64,000 nucleotides of DNA from Geosiphon pyriformis uo1 (taxonomy: Eukaryota; Fungi; Glomeromycota), in NCBI GenBank assembly GCA_016748015.1, contig JAAOMT010000187.1, forward strand, positions 130,087 to 194,086, given 5' to 3'. Below are positions 48,069 through 61,815 of this stretch, one piece after another. The first letter of the stretch is position 1. Each line of letters begins with the position of its first letter. The position numbers and the translations under genes were made by a program. The notes under the pieces were generated by a model that had not been told where the DNA came from, ran no database searches, and saw only the letters and a list, made by a program, of their open reading frames with translations.

Positions 48069-50685
48069 TGTTACTTATAGAATATAAGAATTAAATATTA
48101 GTACATAAATTAACTAATCAAAATAGACATAGTAAAAATGGAATTCCAGAATTCCTTTTAGAGGAATTGCAGAATTCCAGAATTACAAGATTCTCATATG
48201 AAGAATTACAAGATTTCTGGAATTCCAAGATTTCTGGCTAGAAAATTGAAAAATTCAAGGAATCTTGTACAATAAAATTTATGTATATATAGCAGTAGTA
48301 TCAGAAGCTAGAAAATTAGTTAAGCAGACTTAGAGTTAATTAGACTTGCAGGTCATAATTATTAAATACTCTTCCTTCAAAAGATAGAATACTATAACTT
48401 GAAATAAAATTACTTTCATATTAATAAAATTATTTATTATCCTTAAATTTATGTTATTATTCACTACTTAACCTGCTGGCACAATAGCTCTTGATCATGG
48501 CTATTAACAAAATACTTATTTCTTATTTTATTTTCTTTATTTTTTTATTTTATTTTATTTTTTTTTGTTATTCACTAAATTGATTAAGAATTAAGTATTA
48601 AGTATCAGACATTATAGAGACTGGTAAAAGACCTGTGAAACAAGAGTAAAACACTCATAAATTTGAGAATAGCTTACCAAGAGGATTACTGGCCACTATG
48701 CTGAGAAAAAAATTTGATAAAATTGTGATTCTAGAAGGCTACTGATAAAACAATAAATAAATTTCTGTTCATTATACAAAGGACTCAACAAACAACTTTC
48801 AGAAATCACCCATCAAAACACTTAATAATCATCTGTAATATTTAGTGCTCTCTGTGAGGTATAATCTAACAGAGAACCAGCAACAATCATGCCAGAAAGT
48901 GGCAGACCAAAAGAAAACAAGAGAAAATCACTTAGGATTTGCAAAATCCTTATTTTAACATTACCTTTGAAAAACTAGCTAAATTGAAACTTCAATTATT
49001 TAAAACCTGAGTGTTAAAACCCTGAACATTTGAAACTTACCTTTGATAAATTTGTTAAAAACTCATTAAATCAAAACTCTAATTATTCAAAACCTGATTG
49101 TTAAAACCTCAAACATTCGAAACTTATTTTTGATAAACTCATTAAAACTTTGATTATTTAAGACCTAATCATTAAAACCCTGAACATTTGAAACTTACCT
49201 TTGATAAACTCATTAAAACTTATTAAAACTCTGATTATTTAAGAACTGATCATTCAAAAACCCAAACATTCAAAACCCGATAATTCCAATTCTGCTATTA
49301 TACAAAAAAACTTATTATCAATAAAACTCATTAAATCTTTAGCAATTCAAACTCCAGAAATTATTCAAAAACCTGAACATTCAAAGTTTAATAAATTCCA
49401 AACACCACTATTATACAAGAAAACTTACTTCTAATAGCCCAATAAAATCTAATTCTCACAGTACCAATAAATCAGAAAAACTCACCTAATGGTTTTGAGT
49501 CAGAATATTGAAATGTAGTCACAATTTACTCCCATGTATTATATATTCAAAGAAGAGCCAATCAGCAAGAACAAATGGAAATCAGAATTAGAACTTAATC
49601 TCAATTCAAACTATGCTGATAATGACAATGATTCAAACTCTGCTAATAACAATAATGATTTAAACTCCACCAACAACAAATTCAAACTCTGCTATAAACA
49701 CTGAACAATATATCATGCTTTTAGATCTTATAATAGAGCAGGAATTAACTAAATTCAATGATAATAATAAGAGCATTTATGTTTGAACATACACATAATA
49801 CAGATGCAAAATTTGAACTTGGATATTTTGGACAGACCACTATAGTTAAAAACCCCAGTCACGTATAAAAATTAGAAAAAAATAGCAATAAAAATTACAG
49901 CAACAATATTGATACAAAAAAGAAATTTAGAAGATTTCACAGAAGCTCAATATTAAAAGAAAAAATAATATTACTCATAAAATATAAAAATTAAATATTA
50001 GTACATAAATTAGCAATCAAAATAGACATAGTAAAAGTGGAATTTCAGAATTCTTATATGAGGAATTACAGAATTTTTGGCTAGAGAATTAAAGAATTTA
50101 AAGAATCTCATACAATAAAATTTATGTATATATAGCAGTAGTATCAGAAGCTAAAAAATTAGTCAAGAAGATTTAGAGTCAATTAGACTTGCAGGTTATA
50201 ATTATTAAATACTCTTCCTTCAAAAAATAGAATATTATAACTTGAAGTAAAATCACTTCCATATTAATGAAATTATTCATTATCCTTAAATTTATGTTAT
50301 TATTCACTACTTAATCTGCTGGCACAATAGTTCTTAATCATAGTTATTAACAAAACACTTATTTATTTTATTTTATTTATTTATTTATTTTATTTTATTT
50401 TTTTTTGTTGTTGACTAATTGATTAAAAGATTAAGTACTGAGTTATTGATGTCAAGGATAGCCTGGTAAAAGACCCAAAAATAAGAGTATAAAATTTATA
50501 AATTAATAAATAGCTTACTAGAAGGGCATGACTACCAAAATAAACTGGTCACCAAGCTGAAGAAAAAAATTGGAAAACTTATTACTAAGGAATTGCACAC
50601 CATTGAATCTCTGTTTATTATACAAAAAACTTAACAACAACCTTCAAAAATCACCCACCAAGACACTTAATAATCACCTGTAACA
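48069..50685 (+). mobile_element. B1: non-autonomous, internally deleted family B element (LTRs 48069-48840 and 49969-50685), TCAT TSD
   Basis: Paired LTRs; PBS TAGTGCTCTCTGTGAGG (decayed TGG) at 48843; 1.1-kb interior with tandem repeats and a dUTPase 5' remnant; decayed PPT; TCAT at 48065-68 and 50686-89. Confidence 0.88.
48960..49420 (+). repeat. Degenerate 60-85 bp tandem repeats inside B1 (core AAAACCCTGAACATTTGAAACTTACCTTTGATAAA)
   Basis: Four to five recognisable units. Confidence 0.75.
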
Positions 50686-51899
50686 TCATAAAAAAATACA
50701 AAGAAAAAAAAATAGAAAAACAGATAAAAAAATAGACCAATAGGAGAATAATACTTAACATATAAGCATAATGTTAAAAACTATAACATATTGCTCAGCA
50801 ATATGTACAGTACTAGCAAATTAGACATATTGCTTAGTAATATAAACAATGTTAGTAAATTAGGGTACACAGCTCAGCATTATAAACAATGTCAGTAAAT
50901 TAAAACATATTGCTTAAGAAAATATAAGATCTTGTAAAACAAAAAATATGTATATATAGTAAAAGTATTAGAAGCAGAAAAGACAAAATTTATTTTAGAA
51001 TTAATACTTATAATCAATTAACTATTCCATATCCCTCCCTTCAAAAAATAGTTTTCTATAACTTGAAGCAGAATCCAATTACATATTAATAAAAATATCA
51101 ATTATTACTTGAATTTATGTTATTGTTATTTGATTAAAAAATACTAATTATCTCTATTCTATCAACACTTTATGTTAATAGAATTCAATACTTAGTCACA
51201 TTAGAACAATAACTCTTAATTACAACTATTAACAAGATATTAATTTCTATTATTTTTTTTTATTTCTTTGTTTTATTTCTTTGCTGTTTACTAAATTAAT
51301 TAAAAAGATTAAGCACAAAGTAATTTGATATTAAAAATAGCTTAGTAAAAGACCCAGAAATAAGAGTATAGAATTTAAAAATTGAGAATAACTTATCAGA
51401 AAGGCATAACTGCCAGAATAAACTGGCCACTATGCTAAAAAAAATTGATGGAATAATCATTTTGAAAGACTACTGAAACAATTATTAAATCTTTGTCTAT
51501 TATACAAAAGACTTCACCAAAACCTTCAGATTACCAAAATCTTTAGATATTACCAATACTCTCCAAACTATTAAGTACCAAGTTATGAGTTTGTTATTTG
51601 TATTAACACTCCAAATAATTATTTGTAACAATATATATATAGTAGCTTTAATATTAAAAAAAACAACAATTTATTTAACAGTTAATTTTACCAAATTTTA
51701 ATCTTTTATTTTAATTATTTTTTAGCCTTTACTTTTAATAAATATTTTAAGAAACTTTTAAATTAAAAAAAAATCAAAAATAATATTAAAAACTAAATTA
51801 TCATAATTAAAAATATTAAAAAACTCAATAGTATTATTTATTAAATAAAACTATTATTTATTAGTTGAATTTCTTAAAAAAATAATTCTTAATCAAAAT

Positions 51900-52245
51900 T
51901 ATTTATGTTATTACTAATTAATAAAAGCTTTATTGTAAAAATTAGAAAAAATATTAAAGATTATTAATATTCTATATTTCTAGATTAAAGAAACATATTA
52001 GACAATTGCAAAAATAATCTTAAAAAAAACTCTAAACAATTTCAGTTTAGTTTCTAAAAAAAAATACATAAAAACACACACAATAATTAAAAATTAAGAA
52101 ATAACCTAAATTATAATATTAAAAAAAAGTTTTTAGTATAATATTAATATTATTACACAAATAAAATTAAGAAACTCACAAAAAACTAATTGTAATTAAA
52201 ACAAAATATTAATATTTAATCTATTAAGAAAACCAATATGTAATA
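51900..52245 (+). mobile_element. Degraded family C LTR-like repeat
   Basis: Aligns with the reverse complement of 12602-12960. Confidence 0.6.
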
Positions 52246-54720
52246 GTAAATATAATATTTTTGTATCTTATAACAAAAAAACTTAATAAGTAAAATAAAA
52301 GATAAAATTAATCTTTAAAGACTAATATATTAATTTATTTGAAAACTAAATAATATTACAAAATTTTTAAGTTTCTTGTATTCTATAATTAACTCTTTTT
52401 ATTTAATTATAAGTGCTAAATATTATAATACTACTTATCAAATTTACTTGTAATATTATTTATTTTCTAATAGTTGATAATTTGAATAATAATTTGTTAA
52501 TATTTAGATTATTTTAACACCAAAAAAATAGTTATATATATATTATTTACTAAGAATACCAATATTGTTACAAATTAAAATAACAAGTTAATAGATAATA
52601 AAAAAGAACAAGATTATAGAATAATAGAATTAATTAAAAAGAATTTAACTTTAAAAAATAAATTAAATAAGTATAAATTTAATGTATGAGATTATTTTTA
52701 TAAAATATCTTAATTACTAATCTTTTTAAAAAATAATTAGAGAATCTAAAAGTAAAGAAATAGTTTATACTATTAACAAATGATAACACACTGGTATAAT
52801 TCTATGTTTTATATTAACACTCTTAGAATTTAATATTAAATATTAGATATACAGTTAAATTTGAAACAACTTATACTTTTGGTAAATACAAATTGCTATA
52901 AATTATTACAAATTATGAGTTTTCTCAAGTTTAAATATATATAATATATATATAATAAAAATAGATATAATATTATTAAAAATAAATTTATTTGCATATT
53001 TTTATAAGAATCTTTAAATAGTTCATGCAATATTAAAAAAACTTATAAGAATTATTTGTTTTTGTTTATCTTGTATTTTTTTATAAAGTATATATTTAAC
53101 ATAAGTAAACTTACTAATTGTATCAAAAAATTTTTTGCTATTTTTAAGCTTTATAAACTGTTCAAGATTTGTAATAATAGTTAGTGTATTTTTAATACTC
53201 ATTACTTTTTGTATTTTTTGTTTTTTATTAAAGCTATTATGCTTTGTTTTATAATTTGTTATAATATAATTTATAATTTTATTATCATCCAGATGTTCCA
53301 AAATAATTGTATTGTATTTTTAGATAGATTTATTAACTCTTCAATTGATAAATATGTATGATTTGACTATATACAATTGAACTTTTTATAGCAATTTTTA
53401 ATCTTTCTAATACTATTTTTTGATTATAATTAGCTATTATTTCCAAATTTGCAGTTTTATTCTGAAAGTTGTCATTTGTATTGATTGAAAAAATACCAAT
53501 TTTGTGTTAGCAATAAGTGATTATTTTATTTGAACTATTTTTTCATGTCCTATAAATTAAATACATTGCTTAAAGTTAATTAATTATATAAATATTATTA
53601 GCACTATCATTAAAAAAATCTAATATATGATAAAAAAAATAGGAATAGTAATATGCCTTAAAACAATAAATAATTTTAGCATTTATAGACTGAATATGTA
53701 TTATTAAGTTAAATACAAATCGTTTTATATAAATATTTACAATAGATCTTATATTATAATTGTAATTAACAAAATTATCTACTAATAACAATATGTTTTG
53801 GTTTTTTTTATGTAGCTAATAGTTCTAATTAACAAGCTATTGTTGAAAAATATTACCAGTTATTTAAGCATGAGTGTTTGAATAATATTGAAAACCAAGT
53901 TGCTCTCCTGTTTTTTTTTGAAAACAGTGTAAACATTTAGCATAATCAATAATAAGTGGTGACAAATACTCAGTTTCATTAGTATTGATTGTAAAAATAA
54001 ATGTTAGTTGTACTTTTAATTGTTTGATATCATAATATTGTAGCAAAATTTTGATTTAATAATATAACATAAAATAGTACAGTTTTATTTATGTTGAAAA
54101 TATTGTATAATTTTTAATTAGCAAGAAATATTATTATATATACTTACTTATTTTTAATATACTTAACATTAACTGATAATATATCATCATAAAAGTAAAG
54201 TAAATACAATCTAATATAATCTTTAAAACTCTCAAGCCAGTTATTGAATAGTTTTTGGCACTCATTTTTTGGAATATCTAATTAATCATAAAACTTTATA
54301 CCAGCAGCTCAAATTATATTTGTAATAAGTATTATTCTATACAATTTTGCCTCTTAAACAAAAATAATAAGTGCTTTATCAAAATCAAAATTAAATACTA
54401 TACATATATGCTTACTAATTAAGTTACATATTATATTTGCTTATAAACAAAAATTTGGTTTATCTTTAATTCAAGCTAAAACTAAAGACTGTTTTATGTA
54501 TGAAAAACTGTTTTTTTTAAAATGCTTTGCAGTTTTTAATTGGTTATTATTATTTGTATAATATTAATTAAGCACTATAAGCTTATTATAAAGTATAGTA
54601 TTCTTACAACTTTGTAAAATACAAGCTAAAGAGATAGTATGTTTTTTGCTATTAAACATAGTAAAATCAAAAAACAAAAGAAAAGTATAATTAAAAATCT
54701 AATTAGATAAAGTTAATTCA

Positions 54721-55140
54721 AAAATTCGACTTGATTACTTATACAAATAATAATAATTTAAAACTTTAATTTGATTACTTATACAATTAATAATAATTTA
54801 GAGCTTGGAACAATTTAAAACTATGACTTAATTACTCATATAATTAATAATAATTTAGAACTTGGAACAATTTGAAATTCCAATTTGATTACTTATATAA
54901 TCAATAATAATTTAAAACTTGAAACAATTCAAAACTTTGACTTGATTACTTATACAATCAAAAATAATTTTAAACTTAGGACAATTTGAAACTCTAACTT
55001 AATTATTTATACAATCAATAATAATTTAGAACTTAAGACAATTTGAAACTCTGACTTAATTATTTATATAATTAATAATAATTTAAAACTTGGAATAATT
55101 TAAAACTCTGATTTAATTACTTATATAATTAATGATTATT
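54721..55140. repeat. Minisatellite, 57-bp unit, about 7 copies after one 40-bp unit
   Basis: Anchor TTRATTAY recurs at 54731, 54771, 54828, 54885, 54942, 54999, 55056, 55113. Confidence 0.92.
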
Positions 55141-55375
55141 TTGTTAAATAAATAATTTTATATTATTATATAGCATTTTTAGTCATAAAAATATTGGTGT
55201 GTTTTACTGTAATTTTATTAAATTTAACAGAATTTAAACTAAATTTAGCATCTGAAATAACTTATATTGACAATAAAAAGTTATGGATTATTGAGTATTA
55301 CAAATATAGGTTATAAATATAGAAATTTTTTTAACTACCAAATTGGTAGATTTAAAATATTATGGCTTATTATAG

Positions 55376-56760
55376 TATTATAGATAATTATTTGAGGTGT
55401 TAAAACAAATAACAAATTTGTAACTTGGTGTTTAATAGTTGAGAATATTAATAATTTTTAAAGGTTTTAGTTGAGTTTTTTGTATAATAGACAGAAATTT
55501 AATTAATAATTTCTTCTATAAATTTTTTTTCAGCATAGTAGTCAATATATTTTGGTAGTTGTGTCCTTCTGGTAAGCTATCTTTAAGTTTTTTTTACTCT
55601 TGTTTTTAGGTCTTTTATTAAGCTATTTTTAATATTAAATACTAAACACTTAATTTCTTTAATTAATTAGTAAACAACAAAGAAACAAAACAAAAAAAAA
55701 TAAAATAAAATAAAAGAAAATAAGAAAAAAAAATAAGAAATTAATATTTTGTTAATAACCATAATCAAGAGCTATTAGTCTAGTATAGTTAAGTACTAGA
55801 TTCTATTAAATTCTTCTGAAATTATTTTTTCTGTTTTTAATACTTTTGCTATATATACACAATTTATGTTATATAAGATTCTTTAAAATTTTTTAATTTT
55901 TTTGAAAAAAATTCTGGAATTTTTTTTTTTACTATGCTTATTTTTGATTAACTATTTTATCTATTATTATAATTTTTAATTTTTATGAATAATATTATTC
56001 TCTTTTTTTAATATTAAGCTCTGTTAAGATCTCTTAAATCTTTTAACTTTCTTAAATCTATATTAGTACATAAGTAAAGTTCCAATGTAATGGCAGTTTT
56101 TCTAAGATATCTGAAATCAAATTTTGCATCAGTATTTTGTATATATTCTAACATAATACTTTTATTATTATTGTTGAACTATTTAAGTTTCTGCTTCTTT
56201 AAAAGATTTGAAAACACAATATATTGTTTGAAATTGTAATCAGAATTTGAATTGTTATTGTTGTAATTATTGTTATTATGAATGAAGTTGAAACTATTGT
56301 TATTATTATTATTAAAGTCTGAATCATAATTGAATTTCAATTCTGATTTTGAAACACACTTGCTAATTGGTTTTTTTTCTTCAGAAATTAAATAGATCAT
56401 GCATAATAGTAGATTGTAAATAAAATTACAATCATCACAATATTTAAAGTTACTAAGAATTAGACAATGTTTACAGAATCTAGCATTTAATTGTTTTAAA
56501 TGCTGCTTTTGTTTTTTTCAAGTGAGTGCTAAATCTTGATAATAAGATGGTTTTTTCCTTGGCTCTAAAAAATATAGAACATACCAACTATTATTTGTTT
56601 TTTTTGTAAAAATAATAACTTGTGATTCATTTTTTTCTTGTTATCCCAAGAAAGTATTGGTAATAACTTGTTGTAATTATTTTCAGTCTATAAAACTTAA
56701 TAGATTTTTTAGGTAGGTTTTTTTTTAAATTTAATTAGTGGTAATTAAATAGTGGTATTT
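55376..56760 (-). mobile_element. B3: internally deleted family-B-like element end (post-protease linker, CxxC-CxxC, Asn/Asp-rich linker, dUTPase start, PPT, LTR 55994-55376)
   Basis: LNARFCKHCLILSNFKYCDDC; NTDAKFDFRY; AGAGCTTAATATTAAAAAAAGAGAATAA junction; LTR matches the other B-type LTRs. Confidence 0.78.
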
Positions 56761-56779
56761 GTTTTAAAGTGGGAGACTA

Positions 56780-58598
56780 AGCTAAGAATTCTTGGTGTCC
56801 ATTCTGTCTTTTCTGCCTCTAATGCTACTGCTATATATACATATCTAAGATTCCTCAATTTCTTAATTCCTTGTAACAGGAATCCTGGAATTCCTGGAAT
56901 CCTGTGATTCTTGATGAGAAAATTCTGAAATTCTTGGAATCCTGCAATTCCTTTAAGAGGAATCTTGGAATTCTACATTTACTACATCTATATTTGATTG
57001 GCTAATATCTACTGACTAATAATACTATATTTTCTATATTCTATAAGTAACATTATTTCTTCTTTTTTTAATATTGAGCTCTGTCGAAATCTAATTCCTT
57101 TAATTCTCCTTCTTGAATTATTTCTTGAACTTCTTTTTCGAGTATTACTTGTGTTATTTTAGTTTGTAGTTCTTCAAATTGAGCATTGGTCATTTTTCCC
57201 AATTGATTACTCATAACTGTATTTATTGCTGGGTTGAGTAAAATTTCTGGTCAGTCTTGAAATCCCATATATATCTGATAAATGGCTTGAGCTTGTGTAG
57301 TTAGATTGTTCTTTCCCACAAATTGTTCTAGTTGTCTCAGTATTGTTGTGTCGAATAAACATTTTGTTTTGTCAGTGTACAAATTCTGGATATTTATGTG
57401 TTGTTCCAAGTGGAAATAACAATAGTTTTTTGGAAATTGTTGTATCCACCAAGTCCAAGTTTCTCTAGTAAGTTCTTAGTGTAATCCGACTATTTGTTGT
57501 TCTTTTATGGCCAATTTTATCTTGGTCATGATCTTGTTAACAACATTTTCAAGTCTTTTCTGTGCTTTGTTTTGTGGTATCTTTGCCATATTTTTGTAAC
57601 GAATAGTTTGTTGATTGATTGTAATTTCTATCTCCTGGTGTTGGATTAATTGAAAAATTTGTTGGGCTAATAAATGGATATTGTCTGTAATTTCCATTTT
57701 TCTGATCTCTTTTGTCATGTCGACCATGTTCTTATATATTCTTTTGTCAATCAATTGGATATGTTGTTGTCAATGATAATGATTGGTTCCAGATCTTGTG
57801 GAATCTTATCTGGTTGGATTAGTATTCTCTGTACTCCTAATTGTGGAATATTATTGGTGGATGATAATGCTGTATGATGGTATGGTTTCAGTCAATCTTC
57901 ATGTGCTGCTTTGGTCAAGATTTTGTTATTCAATCTTAATTTGTAAGCTTTATTTCCTAGAATTTTTTTTATGTGAAATGGTTCATCCCATTTAGGGTCA
58001 AATTTTCCACTTTATTGTTTTTCTGCTTTGGTACAATGTAATAGTACTTTGTCTTCAATCTTGAATTCAACTGGTTTATCTGGTAGTTGCTTATCATGTC
58101 TTTCTTTTTGTTTCTCTTGTAACTTTTGTATGTTATCAGCTGCTCTTTGTCATTTATTTTTTAATGTTTCCATTAAGTCATATGTTCTTTTTAATAATGT
58201 GTTTTTGAAATTCTTTTTTGTTATTGGTTTGGTTGGGTATGTGGAGATTTCTATTTCTACTGGTAGTATTGCTGTTCTATTATATACTAATTCAAATGGT
58301 ATTGCTTGTGTAGTATCTTGCTTCATTGTCCAATAAGCAAATAGTACTGATAGTATCAACAAATCCCAATCATTCTGGTTTTCTTGACTGAGCTTAGCTA
58401 TTGCTTTACACAATGTTTTATTGAATCTTTTGACTAATCTATTGGTTTGTAGATGGTATGGTGATGATAGTGGTCTCTTAATTCCGAATCTTTGGCTCAA
58501 TTTTGTTAATGTTCTGTTCACAAAATGAGTTCCTTGGTTTGATAATAATTTCTTTGGACATCTGTGTTGACAAATTAAATCTTGATGAACAAATTTAG
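56780..58598 (-). mobile_element. B2: autonomous-type family B Gypsy fragment (integrase C-half, ORF3, PPT, truncated 3' LTR from 57052), interrupted by A2
   Basis: LLSNQGTHF, SPYHLQTNRLVKRFN, KWDEPF; LTR start TGTTACTTATAG identical to 48069. Confidence 0.88.
57068..57697 (-). pseudogene. Family B ORF3, homologue of family A ORF3
   Basis: MEITDNIHLLAQQ...EIEITINQQTIRY...YCYFHL...AQAIYQIY...ILLNP...LGKMTNAQFEE; single frame with three internal stops. Confidence 0.8.
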
Positions 58599-59545
58599 TA
58601 TTACTGGAGGTTTTTGGTCTCTTCTTAGCTCTTGTATGTTGGTTGTAATGCTGTTAATTCATGACTATGGGAAGTGTTTGAACCTCTGATAACTGAATTT
58701 ATCTTCAAATTATTTCCTATAATTTGAACTGCTGGGCTTATAAGTAGAATGGCCAATTCCATGCCAGTTATTTTGTATAGTTATATTGTAGTAAATGTCA
58801 ACTCTTTCCCAGGAATTGCTCATCTGGAAGCTTACTAAAAATGTGTAGTTACTTTGCTGTGAAAGTCAACTCTTCTACAGGAATTTCGTCTGTAGGCTAC
58901 CCTAATGATTGTAATAAGAAAAATAAAAGAAAAATAAAAGAAATGTAAAAGAAATAGAATTTTATCAAGGGAAACGTTTTTCTATCCAGGCCTGGAGTCA
59001 CTAACAGTTTTATTGAAATTGGTAGCTAATCAATTTCAAAACTGTTTTAGTAGGAATTGGTTAATTTTACAAGGGAAAATGATTAAGGATTTGATTTTTC
59101 GAATTATTTGATATTTATTTCGTTTTTTGTGTGTATAAAGAATAATTCTAATTGTTAAATCTGAAGTAAGATATATTTTTTCGAAGAGAGAAGCTCTTTT
59201 TTTATACAACTTGTCATAACACTATTCTATAAACTTGAACTTTGTTTTTTTCTACAATTTTGTTAAACTAAGACTACATTTCGGCAAACTACAAGTTATT
59301 TCTGTAAACTATTAGATATTTCAGTGAACTATCAATTATTTTGGCAAATTTTTACAAATTTTGGCAAACTTTTTGAATGTTACATAGTTTGGGGTATTGC
59401 ATGATTGATTATCACAATTAGGTTATATTTGTGTTATATACAAATTAGGTTATTAATTAAATGATAATTTTGGATATTTTGCTAATGTAATAAGTGATAA
59501 TTTGAAATGCTAATTAATGATAAGAATTATAAGGGTAATTTCATG

Positions 59546-60265
59546 CTAAACAATATCTCTAATTTTGTCTGGTAACATAACCTCCTCCTCAAGACTGAGC
59601 TCCGTCGAAGTCCAAGTACTGTCTGTAATTTCCAGATAGTAATCCAAAATTATTGAAAAAATTTGGTCTGAAAATTGTTGAAATTTCAGTTTTGTGAACT
59701 TTCCAATATATTGAATCTTCAAAGATTGTAAAATTAGGTTTTGTAGAACGTTTTCACAGGTGTAAAATAGGTTATAAAGTCTAAGAGCAGCTCTTAATTT
59801 ATAATGACTGTTTGTAGGTCCAGCTGTTGTCTTGAATTCATTGTGGAGTTGTTTCTGAAGAGCTTCTTTTGTGAGGTTTGCTGCTGTAAGCTCTCATTTT
59901 CGTTTGTGAAGTGTTTTTTCAATGTAGAAATATCTATATATTGGAGTATAGTCATAGTTTTCTTCGTTAAAACACAGTTGAAGTTTTTGTTGAATAGTAG
60001 CATTTGGTGGAATACTAATAGGAGTGAGCATTAAGTTTTCTCTTAAAGCAAGCTTTAAAAGTTCTGGCAGATGAATTCCAGAATAACTTCTTGTGTTCTT
60101 TTTATATGGGTGATATTTTTGTGAATTTGGGGCTGAATTTGTAACTACTTCTGTTTGGGTATAATTAATGTGGTTTTCAGTAACAGTAATGGATAATTCG
60201 GGTATTGTTTTTAAAGCTAACATTAGTTTTTGGGATAATTGTTGAATGTTTTAAGGAATAGTCAT
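59546..60265 (-). pseudogene. A2 ORF3 (239 codons)
   Basis: Same start, length and LTR-overlapping stop as in A1. Confidence 0.85.
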
Positions 60266-60383
60266 TATAAGAGATTTGAAATAAAAGAAAATTATTTTTG
60301 GTGTATGGGTTTTTATGTTATTTTTGTTTTGTTTTTGTGAGATTGTTTCTAAATTATAAGGAGATAACTATAATAAATTTAAG

Positions 60384-61769
60384 TTAAGTGTTCAAGTTGG
60401 GAGGTTGTTCAATAACAACTATTGGTTCTAAATTTTAGAGAATATCTTCAGGATTGATTAAAGGAAAATGTATACCAATTTGTGGATTTAATAGTTCAGG
60501 ATTGTTTCTGGAATTATAGTGTTTCAAACAATCTCCATGTGCAACTTTTGCTAGAATTTTGTTATCAAGTCTTAGCTTATATAATCTGTTGCCTAAAACT
60601 TTATGGATAAAAAATGGTTCATCCCATTTATTTTCAAATTTCCCACTCCATTGTTTTTCAGCTTTAGTTCTGTGTAAGAGAACTTTGTTTCCAATTTTAA
60701 ATCCATTGGTAACTGGAGGCAATTTGTTGTTATGTCATTTTTTTTGTTGAGCTTGGGAGTATTCAATATGAGTGGCTGCTATTTATCGTTTTCCTTCCAA
60801 TGTGCTAAGCAGAGTGTAGGCTCTTCATTGAAGTGTTTCCTGGAAATTGTTTTTATCAATTGGTTGTGCTAAGTATGTTTTCACTGTGAAACTAATTGGT
60901 AACATTGTTGTCCTTCCATAAATTAAATCAAATAGTGTGTGTTTTATAGTATCTTGTTTTAGTGTTCTGTATACTAGTAATACTGATGGAATAAAAATAT
61001 CCCATTCTTGCTCAAAATTGGTTGAAACTTTGGCTAATGATTCACACAATGTTCTGTTGAAACATTCTACAAGTTCATTTGTTTGTGGATGGTAGGGCAA
61101 AAATAATAGTCTCTTGACATTAAATCGTTCACAAATTTCTTGGATTAAATTGTTCACGAAATGTGTTTCTTGATCAGATAAAAGTTCTATTGGGCATCCA
61201 TGTCTACAAATAATGTCTTCATAGATAAAGTTTGCTATTGATTTCGTATCTGCTCATTGAATGGCTCTGGCTTCAGGCCATTTGGTGAGATAGTCTACAG
61301 CTACTGCAATATAATGGTTTCCTTGGTTTGTGATAGAGAGTGGTCCAACTAGATCAATACCAACTCAGTCAAATGGCTGTCCAACTTTGATTGAGTTTAA
61401 AGGTTCTGTAGGATGAGTTCCTTCTCTTCTTTGACAACTATTATAAGATTTAATGTATTTATGAATGTCTTTTCTCATTTAAGGCCAAAAGTAATATTCT
61501 ATTGTTCTCTGAGTGGTGCTGTCTTTTTCTAAATGTGCTGATGAAGGGTCTGAGTGCATGTTATATAAAATGGTTTTTTTTTTATGTTCTTGTATTAATC
61601 TGAGCAGATTGTCTGGGTTTCTGAAGTTTCGATAATAAATAATATTGTTGTGTAAGAAGTATTGTTTGGCTTGTTGTTGTAACTGATGTTTTTCATCTAA
61701 GAACCAATCTGTTGGGATTGTTAATGTCTCCAGATATTGTTTAAGATTGTTGTAGTTTTCAGGGTTCAT
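60384..61769 (-). pseudogene. A2 integrase ORF (461 codons)
   Basis: MNPENYNNLKQYL start; MHSDPSSAHL; GIDLVGP; LLSDQETHF. Confidence 0.92.
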
Positions 61770-61815
61770 TGTTTGTTGTTTTGTTGTTAATTCAAATGGG
61801 TGTTGTTTTTATGTT

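Larger units (their letters stand above)
48059..51630 (+). mobile_element. Family-B-like solo LTR (48059-48068 joined to 50690-51630), interrupted by element B1; ATAT TSD
   Basis: TGTTATTCAT...TTTGTAACA; ATAT on both sides; TATA motif TGTATATATAG; U3 carries about four ~40-bp tandem units (about 50750-50915). Confidence 0.75.

Noticed and set aside
53023-54046. Short ORFs of 92, 71 and 60 aa as genes
   Set aside because: Low-complexity I/K/N/Y translations typical of AT-rich relic DNA; no family recognised.
54721-55140. CRISPR array
   Set aside because: Whole units repeat with no unique spacers, there are no cas genes, and the context is eukaryotic.
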